Below are positions 1-16,360 of a DNA stretch of 64,000 nt, piece after piece. Positions within the stretch are counted from its first letter, which is position 1. Each line of letters opens with the position of its first letter. Location of the stretch: the NCBI RefSeq assembly GCF_009914755.1, contig NC_060934.1; one strand, written 5' to 3'. The stretch is from the human T2T-CHM13v2.0 reference genome, Homo sapiens. The notes under the pieces are model-generated. The model worked only from the letters and a program-made list of their open reading frames with translations, ran no database searches and was not told where the DNA came from. The position numbers and the translations under genes are program-made.

Positions 1-530
1 AAATATTTCTAAAGACCTTGCCACATGGACAACACAGAAAGTAGCTCATGCTCTGGTGAATAACGCAATTTTGTATTTTGCTGATGCCTGTGAAACCACC
101 CAGTGGGATAAAAATAAATATTTAGCCTACTTATTGATAAAAATATCCTCCCAGTAGCCCATCCCTGGAGGGCATGGCAGAGGGTTGTGTGAATTCTGGA
201 CATGCAGATGTTTGATTAATAAAATCCAAGAGGACATAGGTTTCAAATCTTCTTGTATCTCTAGACCAGCAAATCCAGCCATGGAGAGAAGCAGAGAATC
301 ACAGACAGGAAGAGTATGCCAAGCAAAAGCCGGGGCTGCACAAGCCATCTCAAAGTATGCAGGGAGTCAGGGAAAGGACAAGGGAGAACACACAACCTTA
401 AAACAAAAAGGAGCACACAGTTCTCATCTAGGATACTTTTAAAGTGGCTTCCCCTGAATAAGTGTTTTTTATGATAACGTAGAAAAAACAAAAATAGTCA
501 TCGTAGATCAGACAACATATGGAATTCTGG

Positions 531-824
531 TTTTATTTATTTTTTTTTTTTTAGAGACATCGTCTCCTTGTTGCCCAGGCTGGAGGTGCACTGATGCAGT
601 CATAGCTCACTGCAGCCTCCTGGGTCAGGTGATCCTCTCATCTCAGCCCCCTGAATAGCTGGGACTATAAACACATGCCACCATATGTGGCTAATTTTAC
701 TTTTCGTAGAGATGGGATCTTGCTATGTTATCCAGGCTGGATTTGAACTCCTGGCCTCAAGCAATCCTCTTGCCTCAGCCTCCCAAAGTGCTGGGATTAC
801 AGGCATGAACCACCATGCCTGGCC
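531..824 (-). mobile_element. AluJ
   Basis: Reverse Alu dimer; TSD TGGAATT. Confidence 0.9.
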
Positions 825-1638
825 TGGAATTTTTTATACTGCTAGATTAATTTATTGAGAAACATACAAGCATCTATTTACCTTACCAATAAAAACACTT
901 TCAAGTCATAAGTAGCTCTTTCTACAACCCGTCTTATGAAACATCACGTGCTTTGTCCTGTACTTTCCCAAATAAGCAAGTTCTTTAAAAGCAAGAATCA
1001 TATTTTACATTTACCTATCGTGTACACACCCACATGGCTACACAGAAAATACTCAAATACTTTATTAATAGAAAGTCTTTTGTTGCAACAAATCTCTCCT
1101 TTTCATATCATAGATACAATTGTTAAAAGCCACTAATTTTTAAATCAGGCAGATTTTCTTTCTTTTACTAACATGTAAAAATTCCAGGCTTCTCTGAACA
1201 AATTGGACAGGGTGAAATGAAACTATGCCAACCTCCAAAAACTATTTCAGACTGCGTTGGATTACAGACAATCCCCTGACTTAAACTATACACATACAAA
1301 TACCTCATCAGAAATAATTCTAAGAATAACCTTCCTCCTGTTAATAAACGACATTTATGAGTAACTAATAACAGAAAGAGACACTTCAGCTAAAGCCATG
1401 ATGTCAACAGTGATGAGAACATGAGGTGGGGCTTATAAGCAGGGACCTACATCCTTGACCACAAGGACACAAGACTACGTGTAAGAAGTCCTTAAAGCTT
1501 ATGAGCAAATGGAAAGTTTTGGTCAATGTGAGATTGTCACTTTTCCAAGGTCCTTAAAACAGGCAGAGTGAGCCAAAAATCGACATTTTCAATGAGGCAA
1601 AGGATGACTGACAGCTTCAAGAAGAATTGCTGGGCCGA

Positions 1639-1948
<310 letters not shown>

Positions 1949-2598
1949 AAGAATTGCTGGGCCGATCACAAGAGCCCAGTGCAAGGGTATGCCCTCCCAC
2001 AGCAAATCTTCCTTTCATGAGGCTCAACTAGCAACTTGAGAGGTCATAACTTGGTGTCTGTCTATGCTCAGTGCTACTAGGATCTGGATCTGCTTGTAGT
2101 TAGCAGATAACCTAAACTGCCCTCTGATGTTGGCATCTGATCAGCTTCTCAGCAGTTTTCTCATCAAATGATTTCCAAGAACAGTCTCTCCTCAAGAATA
2201 TGGATACTCAAAGATTTGGCATTAAACTGGGAATTGAGATGAGGAATGGGAAAAAGAAAACATTCCATCCTAAGCATATATAACATGCTTTTTTTGCCAT
2301 TTTTCCCCTTCTGTCTCGATCAACCAATTACAAAACTAAAATGATAATGACAAATCAACAAGACAGGCATTAATGTTAAGGCCCAAGACAGGCTGTGCTT
2401 ACCTGCTTCAAAGGCCACCATATCTGAGAATTGTACCTACTGGCCCCACTTGCTCTAGTTCTGGGGACTAACAGCTTCCCAACAACCATGAAGATGCCCA
2501 TGGTCCTTTACTCTAGTCTCACACAGGAGCACCAAACTTACAATAAGTTGTTAAACCAAACCAGCAGAGAGAGGGGCTAGGATGCTAATCTGGGTTGA

Positions 2599-2972
<374 letters not shown>

Positions 2973-3019
2973 AATGCACCTTTTTTTTTTTTTCTTATAA
3001 AAAAAAAAAAAAAAAAAAA

Positions 3020-3268
3020 GAGTCAGCTCTGTTGCCTAGGCTGTGGCGTAGTGGTAGTCCTGAACGCCTGAGCTCAAGTGATCTTCCTGCCTCAGCCTCA
3101 AGTAGCTGGGACTACAGGCATGCACCACCACACTTGACTAGTTTTTTTACTTTTTATAGAGATGGGGTCTCACTACATTGCCCAAACTGGCCTCAAACTG
3201 CTAGCATCAAGCAATCCTCCCGCCTCAGCCTCCTTAAGTCTGGGATTACAGGTGTGAGCCACTACACA
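3020..3268 (-). mobile_element. AluJ with internal deletions
   Basis: Diverged reverse Alu following a T13/A21 tract. Confidence 0.8.
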
Positions 3269-3943
3269 TAATCAAAGCCATTCATCATTTTAAAGACAAT
3301 CTCTGTCCTTTGAACCAATAAAATAATCACAGTGCAAAGCTCCGAGTTCCTGGTGAACAGGCTGAAAAGACAAAAGGGAACACTGCTAACAGATTTTTCA
3401 ACCACTGCTTTCTTCTCCGAAAATTTTATTCTTTTACTTTTCTGCATGAATCTTAGTTTCAAATTTTAGACTCAAATCACCAAAAGGTACTGTCATCCCC
3501 CTAAAAAAAGGTTCTAAAGTCATAAACAAGATAAATAACATAATGTCTTGAATATCTGTGAGGAAAAATTTCTCCTTGATTCCTCTGGTAGGTGCAATGT
3601 TTTTTATCCAAATCTGTTTTCGAAGTCTATGACAGCATTTTGCATCTTTTTCTTTACTTAGAGCCTTCATTTATATTAGAACTTCCTCACATCTAAAATA
3701 CATATTTCCACAATATCTGCACAGGAGGTTCAAACACAGTGATCATGACTGAAAATTATAGTTAATTACTAGTCAGCACTAAAAATAAAAAATTTAAGTT
3801 CTTATTCTCATCTAACACAGTATCTGGTTAACAGAAAGTTGCAAATAACTGTGAGGTGTGACATGCTACAGCCTGTCCTTCATCTACCTGTCTTTCCTTT
3901 TCCACTTCCTGACTCTTAAATTGTCTTTAAGAAAACATGTCCT

Positions 3944-4279
<336 letters not shown>

Positions 4280-4759
4280 TCATGCCAACTAGGACCATGC
4301 CCAGGATTCTGGTCCCCAGTTAACCTCATCAGTGACACATTTTTCTGCCGCTGGTCATAAAATTCAGAGTAAACGATGCCCGATTTTGTCCTTGAACTGG
4401 AAGGGTTCTGCTGATGATGCTTCAGTATACTATTAGAAAATTCTCCTCTCTTCTAGATAAACCTGCATCTGTAGACATAAAATGTTTGGGCATATAATTT
4501 AATTTCCTAAACCAGCTTCCTTATTGGCAGACTTTGATACTCCTAAAAATGCATCTGTTCCTGACCCCTTTGCAAGCACTCAAAGTATTCATTCTGTAAT
4601 CCAATATTGGCCTAAACTATGAAATGCTAGAAAATGCTATAATTATCTACATGGGCCACTTTAAGAAAACCTCATGCAATCAGGGCTTAGTACTAACATG
4701 AGAAAAGCTAGGATAAACATTAGCTGAGTAAAGAAAAAGTTTTAAAATCACATCAACTT

Positions 4760-4970
4760 TTTTGGAGTATCCAACAATTTCCACATGCCACTGCTATATG
4801 TTATTTTACACATTCTTTTTAACAAATCCCTTCAAGAAAGGTAGTATGCTCCCCATTTTACAGATAAGGAAACCCAGGTTCAGGGAGAGGTAAGCAATTT
4901 TTCCAAATAACACAGCTAGAAAGTGGCAGAGCATTATTCCAAAGTCTTTCCACTCCACCACACTATGCCT
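4760..4970. mobile_element. MIR
   Basis: CCCCATTTTACAGATAAGGAAACCCAGGTTCAG MIR core. Confidence 0.7.
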
Positions 4971-6608
4971 CATAACCATCTGCAGAAGAGCAGCTTTGGA
5001 ATGAAAGATATTAGGAGAGGCAAGTGAATTGTCACTGGGAAGTCACTGTGTTGCCCACAATTTCCTTCTTCCTCTTATCACGTCACACTGTCTACAGAAG
5101 GACACCTCATGATGAGTCATTTTCTAGTTGGGGCACTCAAGCACTAAGGCCCTTCAACTTACAGACAGTGTAATATGGAAATGTGTTTTAATCCTGGAAG
5201 CACTGAGTTTGGATTAATTTCACTTTACTCATTCACAGAAGAAAAAAATTCCTGAGAACAGCTCCTACCTAAAATGCAAGAACTAGAAAAGTCCAAGCCC
5301 ACCCTGTGAAAGGGCACACCTGGAAGCTCCTTAAGTTGGTGACGGATGACAAGGAAGGTTTAACAGCACAGGAAATTCCCCCATGGTATAAATTATACTA
5401 GGTGTGACTGAAACGGCTAAATTAGGTCATGATAGATGGTTGTGTCAGACAGAACAGGTTATGCAAACAAAGACTATGACATGGAGGATGATTTTTGCTG
5501 CACAAAAAGAACAGAAAGAGGCGGAAGGAAAAAGCTACAGAATCATAGGCACTGAAGATAAATGAAAACTAAAATAAATGAAGACAAAATTAAATGGCTT
5601 CCAGTAATCAAAATTCAATACTGAAACTTTTTTAAAAAGAAAAAAAGAAAAAAAAACTCAATACTGAGAATAGATACAACTCAATGAGAATTGGATATGA
5701 AGCACTTTTTTTTTTCTAATAGGAACCAAAGAAATATACTACGGCATAGAAAACTGGCTCAGAACAGGGTATGCAACGGATTTTATTCACACGTGTAAAT
5801 CTTTAAACTTAGGTCCTAAATGGTCCTATCACATTAGAAGAAAAACAATGTACATAATATTTAATCAATGAGTAAGCACTTACTAGATACACTGTGCTCT
5901 TGAGAACTGTTTCACAAGTGGCCTTGCTAAAGTAGAATATCACATTTTAGCTAGAACCACCCAAGTATTTCTAAAAGTGACTGGTATCTATTCCACGCAT
6001 CAACAAAAGGGAAAAAGAAACTTCTAGAACTTTCCACCTCAAACATTTCACTGAAGGATGATGCACATAGCAATCAAACATTCCGATTTTAAGCAAGTAA
6101 AAGAGAGCAAAGAAAAAGTATTCATATAAAACAGGAAGTGAGAGGGACAATTTGAGGCAGCCAATTCAACAGCACATCGCCTAAGGCCAAGGCAGAATTA
6201 TTTTCAGCAGGCAACATGCTACGCACAAGGATTTCAGCCAGCATAACGTGTGTGCTGCGGTAAAAATACTACTGAAGAGGATTCTTGAATAAAGGCACCC
6301 ACCATGGCATTTCACAAGTCACTTTATTCCACATGTGGAATAAGAGACAAACTGCCTTATGGCTTAATTTTTAATATCATGTGAAAAGCTCTGCACATAC
6401 TGCTGCGCTTTCTGATTTTTGTCTACTTTATTAGCTGAGAACACTTACGAATCTAAAAATACTTCGTTTTGGGGAGTGGAATTCCTTTATTCGTATTTGC
6501 ACATGACTTTACCTGTCAAAATCTTTCACAATGCCACTAGGTATATAGGTTTCAACAAGTTTAGTATAATTCCAATCTTAGCCAACTATATTATGTAAGT
6601 AATCTCAA

Positions 6609-7490
<882 letters not shown>

Positions 7491-7644
7491 ATTAAATTAA
7501 ATTGGATAATTAATATATTTCTTTATATATGATCCTGTCACAGAACATATAACATTATTTGGACATAAAATTCAACCAAAAACAAAAAAAAAGTGGGGTG
7601 AAACACAAATATATTCAAGTACCTAGCCTTAAAAAAACAAAAGG

Positions 7645-7933
<289 letters not shown>

Positions 7934-8740
7934 AAGGAATCCCCATTTGGATTATCTTTCAAACATAAAAAAAATTATACACATATTCTGGTATCTAGGC
8001 TAGTTTAAAACAAAACAAATCAGATTGATTATTTTTCAGTCCTAAAAAGTAATTAGTGAAACATTTTAGAAATATAGCCAAGTTATAAAATTCCTGGGAG
8101 ATTTCCAGTGGCAAATAATGGCCTATTTCTTCTACTAACTCACATAAAATGATTCAGCATCCCTCCCTTGATGATTAAAATGAGCAGATTACCCTGGAGA
8201 ATCAATGTTAAGCAAAGACAAATGCCTGCCTTCCATTATCTTTTTGTAGTATTTTATGTTCTGCAGTGCACTATACTTCTACAAAGAAAGGGCTATGGTG
8301 TTCTACTTAAGAAAACGATGAGTCCTAAAGGAACAAAGTACAGCCACCAAAAAAATTATGTATATCATGATAAACGAACCAGGGAGGATGATGTGTCAAG
8401 GATGGGATTAGAAAAAGTGCTTACACACATATAAACATAACATAGATATAAATACAAATACATATATATAAAATATAAATACAGGTATACGTGATTTGAA
8501 CACAGCCACAAAAGAGCATTCAATTTTATTTCACGAAGCTATTTTGAAGCCCTAGTTTACACCCATACTTTTATTGACATTGAAATAAGTTGGTCTTTAA
8601 AAAAGAAAATCACATAAATAGAAACTCTAATGCTGTTTCCAAACCTGAAAGTCACCCAGGTCACTCCTACAATAGGTTCAGGTTCTAAAACAAAACCCTA
8701 AAACATTTATCAACCCACTTTACTAAACAGTTTACTTTTT

Positions 8741-8806
8741 TGTGTGTGAGAAAGAGAGAGGCAGGGAGGGAGAGGGAGAGAGAGAGAGAGAGAGAGACAA
8801 AGAGAC

Positions 8807-8836
<30 letters not shown>
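8741..8836. repeat. (GA)n/GAGACA purine microsatellite in place of an Alu tail
   Basis: Direct reading; abuts the reverse Alu at 8837. Confidence 0.9.
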
Positions 8837-8837
<1 letters not shown>

Positions 8838-9135
8838 TGGGGTCTCACTCTGTCGCCCAGGCTGGAGTACAGTAACACGATCACAACTCACTGCAGACTC
8901 AACCTCCCAGGCTCAGGTGATCCTCCCACTTCAGCCTTCCTCCCATCCCAGCCTTCAGCTGGGAACACAGACACATGCCACCATGCCTGACTTTTTTTTT
9001 TTTTTTTTTTTTTTTTGTAGAGATGGGGTCCCACTAGGTTGCCCAGGCTGGTCTTGAACTCCCGGACTCAAGCAATCCTCCAGCCTCAGCCTCCCAAAGT
9101 GCTAGGATTAAAGGTGTGAACCACTGCACCCAGCC
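8837..9135 (-). mobile_element. AluJ
   Basis: Reverse Alu; TSD AGTTTACTTTTT on both sides, enclosing the GA tract. Confidence 0.88.
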
Positions 9136-9567
9136 AAAAGTTTACTTTTTAAAAGGCTCTATCTATATGATGTTAAATACTTGACAAAAACTCTTACGTT
9201 CCACAAAATAGTCTTGATGTATTGGAGACTGGGAGTCGGGGAAAATGACTGTTGCTGATGAAGAAACACTAGCCATTTGTGCTGGGCTGGCAGGACTCTG
9301 CACTCACAGTGAAGATGAGCCATAGACATGACTTCTAGGGTTCCCACATTCAGCTACCAGCAAACCTACCAGCTACCACTAGAAGCACTACATTTACTTT
9401 GCAAATATAATACACACCTGGTATGTTTTAAGAATAAGAAACATTGTACATCAGACCATCAACATTATCACATGATTCAAATCAACACTCCATACACTGA
9501 GAATTTTCATGCCAGTGGGGGCACTGAGGGACAGATTCTATCAGAAGGCGTATTTGTTCACCATCTT

Positions 9568-9800
9568 AGTAGTTCTTAAAGGGGCAGAACCACTGCCCAG
9601 AGGACATTTTGGAAATTTTGTTGTCACAATGACTGGAGGTCACTGCTGGTATTTAGTGGCAGAGGTCAAGGACCTCTAAACATTCTGCAATGTGTGGGAC
9701 AGTCCCACAAAAGGAAGAAATTGTCTTCAATATCTAAAGGTCCCACCAGACACTCGGGTCAGAAATTTGTCTATAATTTTCTGAGCCTTGAGCTCATAAA
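9568..9800. mobile_element. MER20/MER20B-like hAT-Charlie element
   Basis: GGACATTTTGG...TTGTCACAATGACTGG...CTGGTATTTAGTGGCAGAGGTCAAGGA...AAACATTCTGCAATG motifs. Confidence 0.65.
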
Positions 9801-10869
9801 CACAAAGTATGTTTGCCCAGTGTTGACAGTGCATGGGCAATGCATTCCTGAAATAGTAACTTTCTAAGGAAAGGTCACTATTTTTGAAGAGCTGAGGGCT
9901 GCAGCAAGGTTGTCTGTGATATTAAGTGGCAATGCCACCCACCTGCATCAGCTTGCCAACCTGTGTCCTCTGGGGGAAGGTGGGAGAAAGACACAGGGTC
10001 ATTCCCTGTATCATTGCAACTTCCTGCAAATCTGTAATTATTTCAAAATTAAAAGAAAAAATAGAGATGTTGAGTCATATGGGGCTGAGAACCATCACCA
10101 TGAACTTATCAGCTTTAAGGTAAGGATAAATGTCACCACTCCACCCCACCAAGGCCAAAGCAATCTTCATCTCATTTACAGCCCATTTCTAACCCATCAC
10201 CTACAAACTAGACACCTGCAGCTGTGTCTAGCCCACGGCCACCTCGGTACTCAGGAGAGACGGCATGTGGGTACTGGAACCCACATCTCCTGGCTTCCTA
10301 TTCAATGCTTTTGCCACAACACAGATTATGTGATTTTCTGCCACCATGTATACTGGGTAGAAATATTCCCAAATACTATAATAATTTTTAGGCAGCACTT
10401 TCTTTTCAGAATTGAAATAAATTCAAATGACTTAATCTCCTCCCAGCCATATACTAATAAGATCCAAATATGTCAGTGAAGTCACTGGATTTTCACTTAG
10501 TTTACCAATAAATAGGCACTGGTTCCCAAGCTTTTATACTCAATGGCATAAAAAGAAAATGGAATTTGTACAACACCGTGGGACTGCTCATACCTGGCTT
10601 CCTCAAGGACTAAGGTGCATCACCGTCCTGCATGCTAGTTGGGAAGCTGACCCAGGCACTGGTCATATATTATTGCAGCTTTATGATTCTCAAGAAACCC
10701 AATAGAAATTTCTTAATCAACAAGAGTTTGTCTGCAAGACCTTAAGGAAAATGGGCAACCTAGGATTTCTTTGAAACTTCTGAAGGAAGGCATTCTAAAT
10801 GCAGGGTGCTCATTAAATATAAGATCTCCTAATTATACACTCACCTGACATGTTATGGCCAGCCTACGT

Positions 10870-11190
10870 ACTTTAGCCAATGAATGCAATCTCCTTGAAT
10901 AAAAAATGGTGGTTGGAAAATACAGTTTAAAATAGAATTCCTTAAGAGTCCTTCCTCATCTTTGAGTGATACATGTAGAAGAATCTATAGGAAAAATGAT
11001 ATATTTTGGGGGATTTGCTTTGAACTAATCCAGCAGGTACTGGAGGAAGTGGGGAAGGGAGTTACAGATAAACAAGACCGGCCATGTGTCTGTGCCGGCA
11101 GCTGCTGGAGCTGAGTGGTGGGTGCCTGAGTGCTCATTATTCTACTCTCTGTTTACTTTGAAAATTTCCATAATGAAACATTACTAAAAA
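10870..11190 (+). mobile_element. Old L1M (L1ME-like) 3' fragment
   Basis: GGGATTTGCTTTGAACTAATCCAG...CATTATTCTACTCTCTGTTTACTTTGAAAATTTCCATAAT motif. Confidence 0.55.
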
Positions 11191-11906
11191 AAAAAATAGC
11201 TTGGTGTGTGTTAAGGGTAGTGTGCTAAGAGGTAAATGGTGGGAACTGTTGACTGGAAAGAAAATGAAGGCAAAACTGAGCCCAGGAGTGGGAGCAGGGT
11301 TTCCCTCACAAGTTGGCTCTGAACCACCTTTTCTGAGACAGCTCTTATAGATAAGCACCTGGCTGTCTTGTGTTTCTCATTAGCCCAGCACACAGTGCTC
11401 AAAGTACTGTTAAGATGAAAACATTTATCTTCATAAACAGCCTGCACTGTCCATAATCTATGTACTTCACCTTCCTATAAGATGAAAAGTTTACGAAGTT
11501 AGGATTAGGTCTCATCCTTCTCAGTGCCACCCACAGCAGGAAAGACAGCTATTTGCCAACTATTAGACTTTAGCATCCTCCCTTCCTTTTGGTATACGAG
11601 AGCCAAAAGTAAACATAGTATTGAGAGAAAGACACACCTGCCCCTTCCCCCAAAAAGATACAGTTCAAATTCAACGCACTGATTTTCTGGTACCTTTATC
11701 CAATACTTCCATCCAAAGAAAAATACAAAGTTTAAGGGTGAAAGCTCAAATCTAAGCAAGATGTCCAAAAACCCATACTTCCGATTTAAAGCATTCCATC
11801 CATACTATTTGTGTCCCAGGTAACAGCTAGTGCAACCCCCAGCTCAGGAGAAAGAAAGCCACATTACATAAACCAGGCATGGTTTTGAGTAGAGCATTTC
11901 TTCTTA

Positions 11907-12550
<644 letters not shown>

Positions 12551-14017
12551 CCCAATAGGGAATCTGAAGAATCAAACTATCTTTTATTGAAATTACTCCT
12601 TTTAGTGTTATGAATCAACAGTCCAAGTTAACAGTGCATTTATTAATGATTCACTGGTTACCAAGTCAATCAACACGTTGTACTTGCATCAGAATAAAGC
12701 ATCATGGATTAACCAATACTAAATTATGTTTTATTACTTGTATTTTATCAGACTTCTTAGTAAGGATCTGTGTAATCCTGTATGTGGGACGTGGGGGGAT
12801 CACCCAAAGCTGACACTAGCAGGTCAGAAGTGGGTATTTGCCAAGGGAAACACTTCAAGGTACAAGAGCAGATTTAAAATACTCTGATTCAACACAGACA
12901 TCTGCTCTGCCAGAAGCTACCATCTGCTTCATATCCCAGACAGCAAAACATTTCAATAAGGAAGTGTCAAATCTGACTCCTAATCAGGAAACAATTATCT
13001 ACATTTGCTACTAGCCCCAAAGCTGATTCGAAACTCCTGAGGCAAAAGTTAATGGAAAAATCATAGTACAGATACACATTCTAATGAGACTAGACGTCAG
13101 CCAAGATTCCTACCAGCTCTAATATTTTTAAAATACTTAATTGACAAAAAAAAAAAAAAAAAAAGACCCAGAAGATCTAAGATGAGAGATGTTGAGAAAA
13201 TTTTCAGAGGAGGAAAAAAAGCAGGGGTATAGAAAACAAAGGCCTTTGAGGAAAAAATTCAAGGGACTCCCTGACTCAAAAGGACCTACCGTCAGACAAC
13301 TATGCACACAATTACAACGCAGGAACGTGGTGTAAGGCATCTTTAAGATAACCACAGTGACTTTCGGAGGCTCAAACAGGCAAGCACTAGAGCCTGTTAG
13401 GATGTTAGGAAAGGTTTTGTGGAAGAAACCAGCAACTGAGTTAGGTCCTAAAGAATCCGCATGTCCTCAGACCTAGACTCAGCGAGAAAGGAGGCATCCC
13501 AGGGAGAAGAGGTCCCACAAGCAGCACATCCCTAAACAGGAGCTGCAGCGCCCAGGACTCCTGCAGTGTCATTCATAAAGATGGCCTGAGACAGTGGCTT
13601 GGGGCAAACTGGAGACAGAGGCTACAGAAACCCTCTGGAGTTCAAGCAATGAACATATATTCAGCACCCACTATGGGCCCAAGGCTGGGGATTCAGCATG
13701 AACTAGAAAAACAAAGTGCTTGTTATAACAGAGCTGGGAGTCTAGGCAATGAGACAAAGTCAAACATGTAAGATAATTTCAGTTAGTAAGAAACACGCTG
13801 AAGAAAATAAAACAAGATCACGAGATAGAGAGGGACAGGTGGAGTGCCACCTGATGGCACAGCAGCTGGGAAGCGTCGCTACCTGAGAACTCGCCACGTT
13901 CCTCTGAAACGTGTGCTCAGGGCAGGGGAGAAAGGAACACAGCTCAGGAGGTGCACATCCTATTAACTGGCCCTCACAGAGTGCCCAGAACACTCAGCAG
14001 CCTGACGGACTCCGTGA

Positions 14018-14456
<439 letters not shown>

Positions 14457-14663
14457 AGATTTTTAAAGGGATGAAAATATAAATGTTAAGCAATGAGATT
14501 CTAATCTTTCTATAAGAAGCATGAGTTTGTTTTCAAAAACATATGTGCAATTTTTTCTTCTTTGAAACTACTTTTCAACATCTCCTTACGTTGTCAGTCC
14601 TCACTTAACTAGACTTCAGTGCTCTAAGGATATTCTACTGTCCAAGTTCTCCATACATGAGCC

Positions 14664-15203
14664 TGTGAACTCCAAAAATCTGAGACAGATCTCGGTCAAT
14701 TTAGGAAGTTTATTTTGTCAAAGTTAAGGATGCACACCTGTGACACAGCCTCGGGAGGTCCTGATGACAAGTGCCCAAGGTGGTCAGAGCACAACTTGGT
14801 TTTATACATTTTAGGGAGACATGAGACATCAATCAATATATGTAAGATGAACATTGGTTCCGTCTGGAAAGGCGGGATAACTCGAAGCAAAGGCGGGACA
14901 ACTCGAAGCAAAGGCGGGACAACTCGAAGCAAAGGCGGGACAACTCGAAGCAAAGGCGGGACAACTGGAAGTTGGGAAGGGGCTTCCAGGTCACAGGTAG
15001 ATAAAAGATAAGAGACAAATGGTTGCATTCTTTTGAGTTTCTGATTAGCTTCTCCAAAGGAGGCAATCAGATACACATTTATCTCTGTGAGCAGAGGGGT
15101 GACTTTGAATAGAATGGGCGGCAGGTTTGCCCTGAGCAGTTCCCAGCTTGCCTTTTTCCTGCTTAGTGATTTTGGGGCCCCCAAGATTTATTTTCCTTTC
15201 ACA
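14664..15203 (-). mobile_element. Solo ERV1 LTR, MER4A1-like, with internal 21-bp tandem repeat
   Basis: Minus strand begins TGTGAAAGGAAAATAAATCTTGGGG and ends GTTCACA (TG...CA termini). 4-bp TSD AGCC at 14660-14663 and 15204-15207. Confidence 0.88.
14868..14971. repeat. Minisatellite, 21-bp unit AAAGGCGGGACAACTCGAAGC x ~5
   Basis: Units start at 14868, 14889, 14910, 14931 and 14952; the three central units are identical. Confidence 0.95.
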
Positions 15204-16047
15204 AGCCCTATTACTCAACACTCTGAGGGTGTCACAGCAGAGTGAAAAAGAGAAGGGAAAACTTACTTGGCTCTGGCCCACTTTTCTTCTCTGCACTCTG
15301 GATGGTGGAGCCAGGCAAATGGCTTGGTCCTTGGCTGCCAGCCCTGGCTGAAGCCCTGCACACATGCCACTCCCTGCTGAGCGCACTCAGGGTGCGGCTC
15401 CACCCCAGGCATGGTGACAGAGCTCTGAAGGGAGGTGAATATCCCGTTCCCAGCGCCGAACTCCAGTTCAAGTCACCCTCGGTGCCCAAACTTTACCGCT
15501 CAGCCCACCTAAGATACACTGCTCATTACCCGCCCTCTCAAGGCTCGGATCAATAAACTCCCTTGACTTCTGCCTCCTGCCAAAACTGAATGAATTCCAT
15601 TACCCCACCGTCTCTCAATCTCAAGCTGGTGTCACTGTCAGCAAACCTTCACCCTCCACATAAACAAGGTGGCTCCTTCTGCCCCAAGTCATGCTTTGCA
15701 GCTGTCTGCACAGGGCTGATGGCACAGCCAACCCCCAGGGCTTCTAGGATGCTGGCAGACCTCCACGGATACTGAGCACCACCGGTACGGCGACCACCAG
15801 GGCTAGGTCTGCCTACCAACACCCTGACCGAATCAGTCACAAGCTTATCTGCCCACCCCTATAGCCACATTCTCACTTAAAATACTGCCTCCAAATGGCT
15901 TAACGGAATGCCTCTGAAAACTGAACACCAAATCGACACTGCCAAAAAACACAGTCAGCCCTGAATTCAGCCCACCTCCTCCCATTTATCCTCTCCAGGT
16001 GAAAATCATTACTGTAATTTTTTTTTTCTTTGTCTAAAACCATACCT

Positions 16048-16360
16048 CCCGGCACTTTGGGAGGCTGAGGCAGGTGGATCACTTGAGTCCAGGAGTCCGA
16101 CACCAGCTTGGGCAACACGGCAAAACCCTGTCTCCATAAAAAATACAAAAATTAGCCTGGCACATAGTGGCACGTTCCTGTAGTCACAGCTATTCAGGAG
16201 GCTGAAGTGGGAGGATCACTTGAGCCCAGGAGGTCAAGGCTTCAGTGACCGTGATCATGCCACTGCACACCAGCCTGGGCAACAGAGGGAGAGAGAGACC
16301 ATGTCTTTAAAAAAACAAACAAACGAACGAACAAAAAAACAAAAAAAAAAAAAAAAACAA
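16048..16360 (+). mobile_element. 5'-truncated AluJ
   Basis: Starts at CCCGGCACTTTGGGAGG; TSD AAAACCATACCT. Confidence 0.88.

Noticed and set aside
9910-10479. 189-aa plus-strand ORF
   Set aside because: Non-ATG start, overlaps decayed repeat-like sequence, no recognisable homology.
14868-14971. CRISPR-like appearance of short repeats
   Set aside because: Units are contiguous with no spacers, and the DNA is primate.
14696-15184. 162-aa ORF with VVPPLLR repeats
   Set aside because: Produced by the 21-bp tandem repeat inside the MER4A1 LTR.
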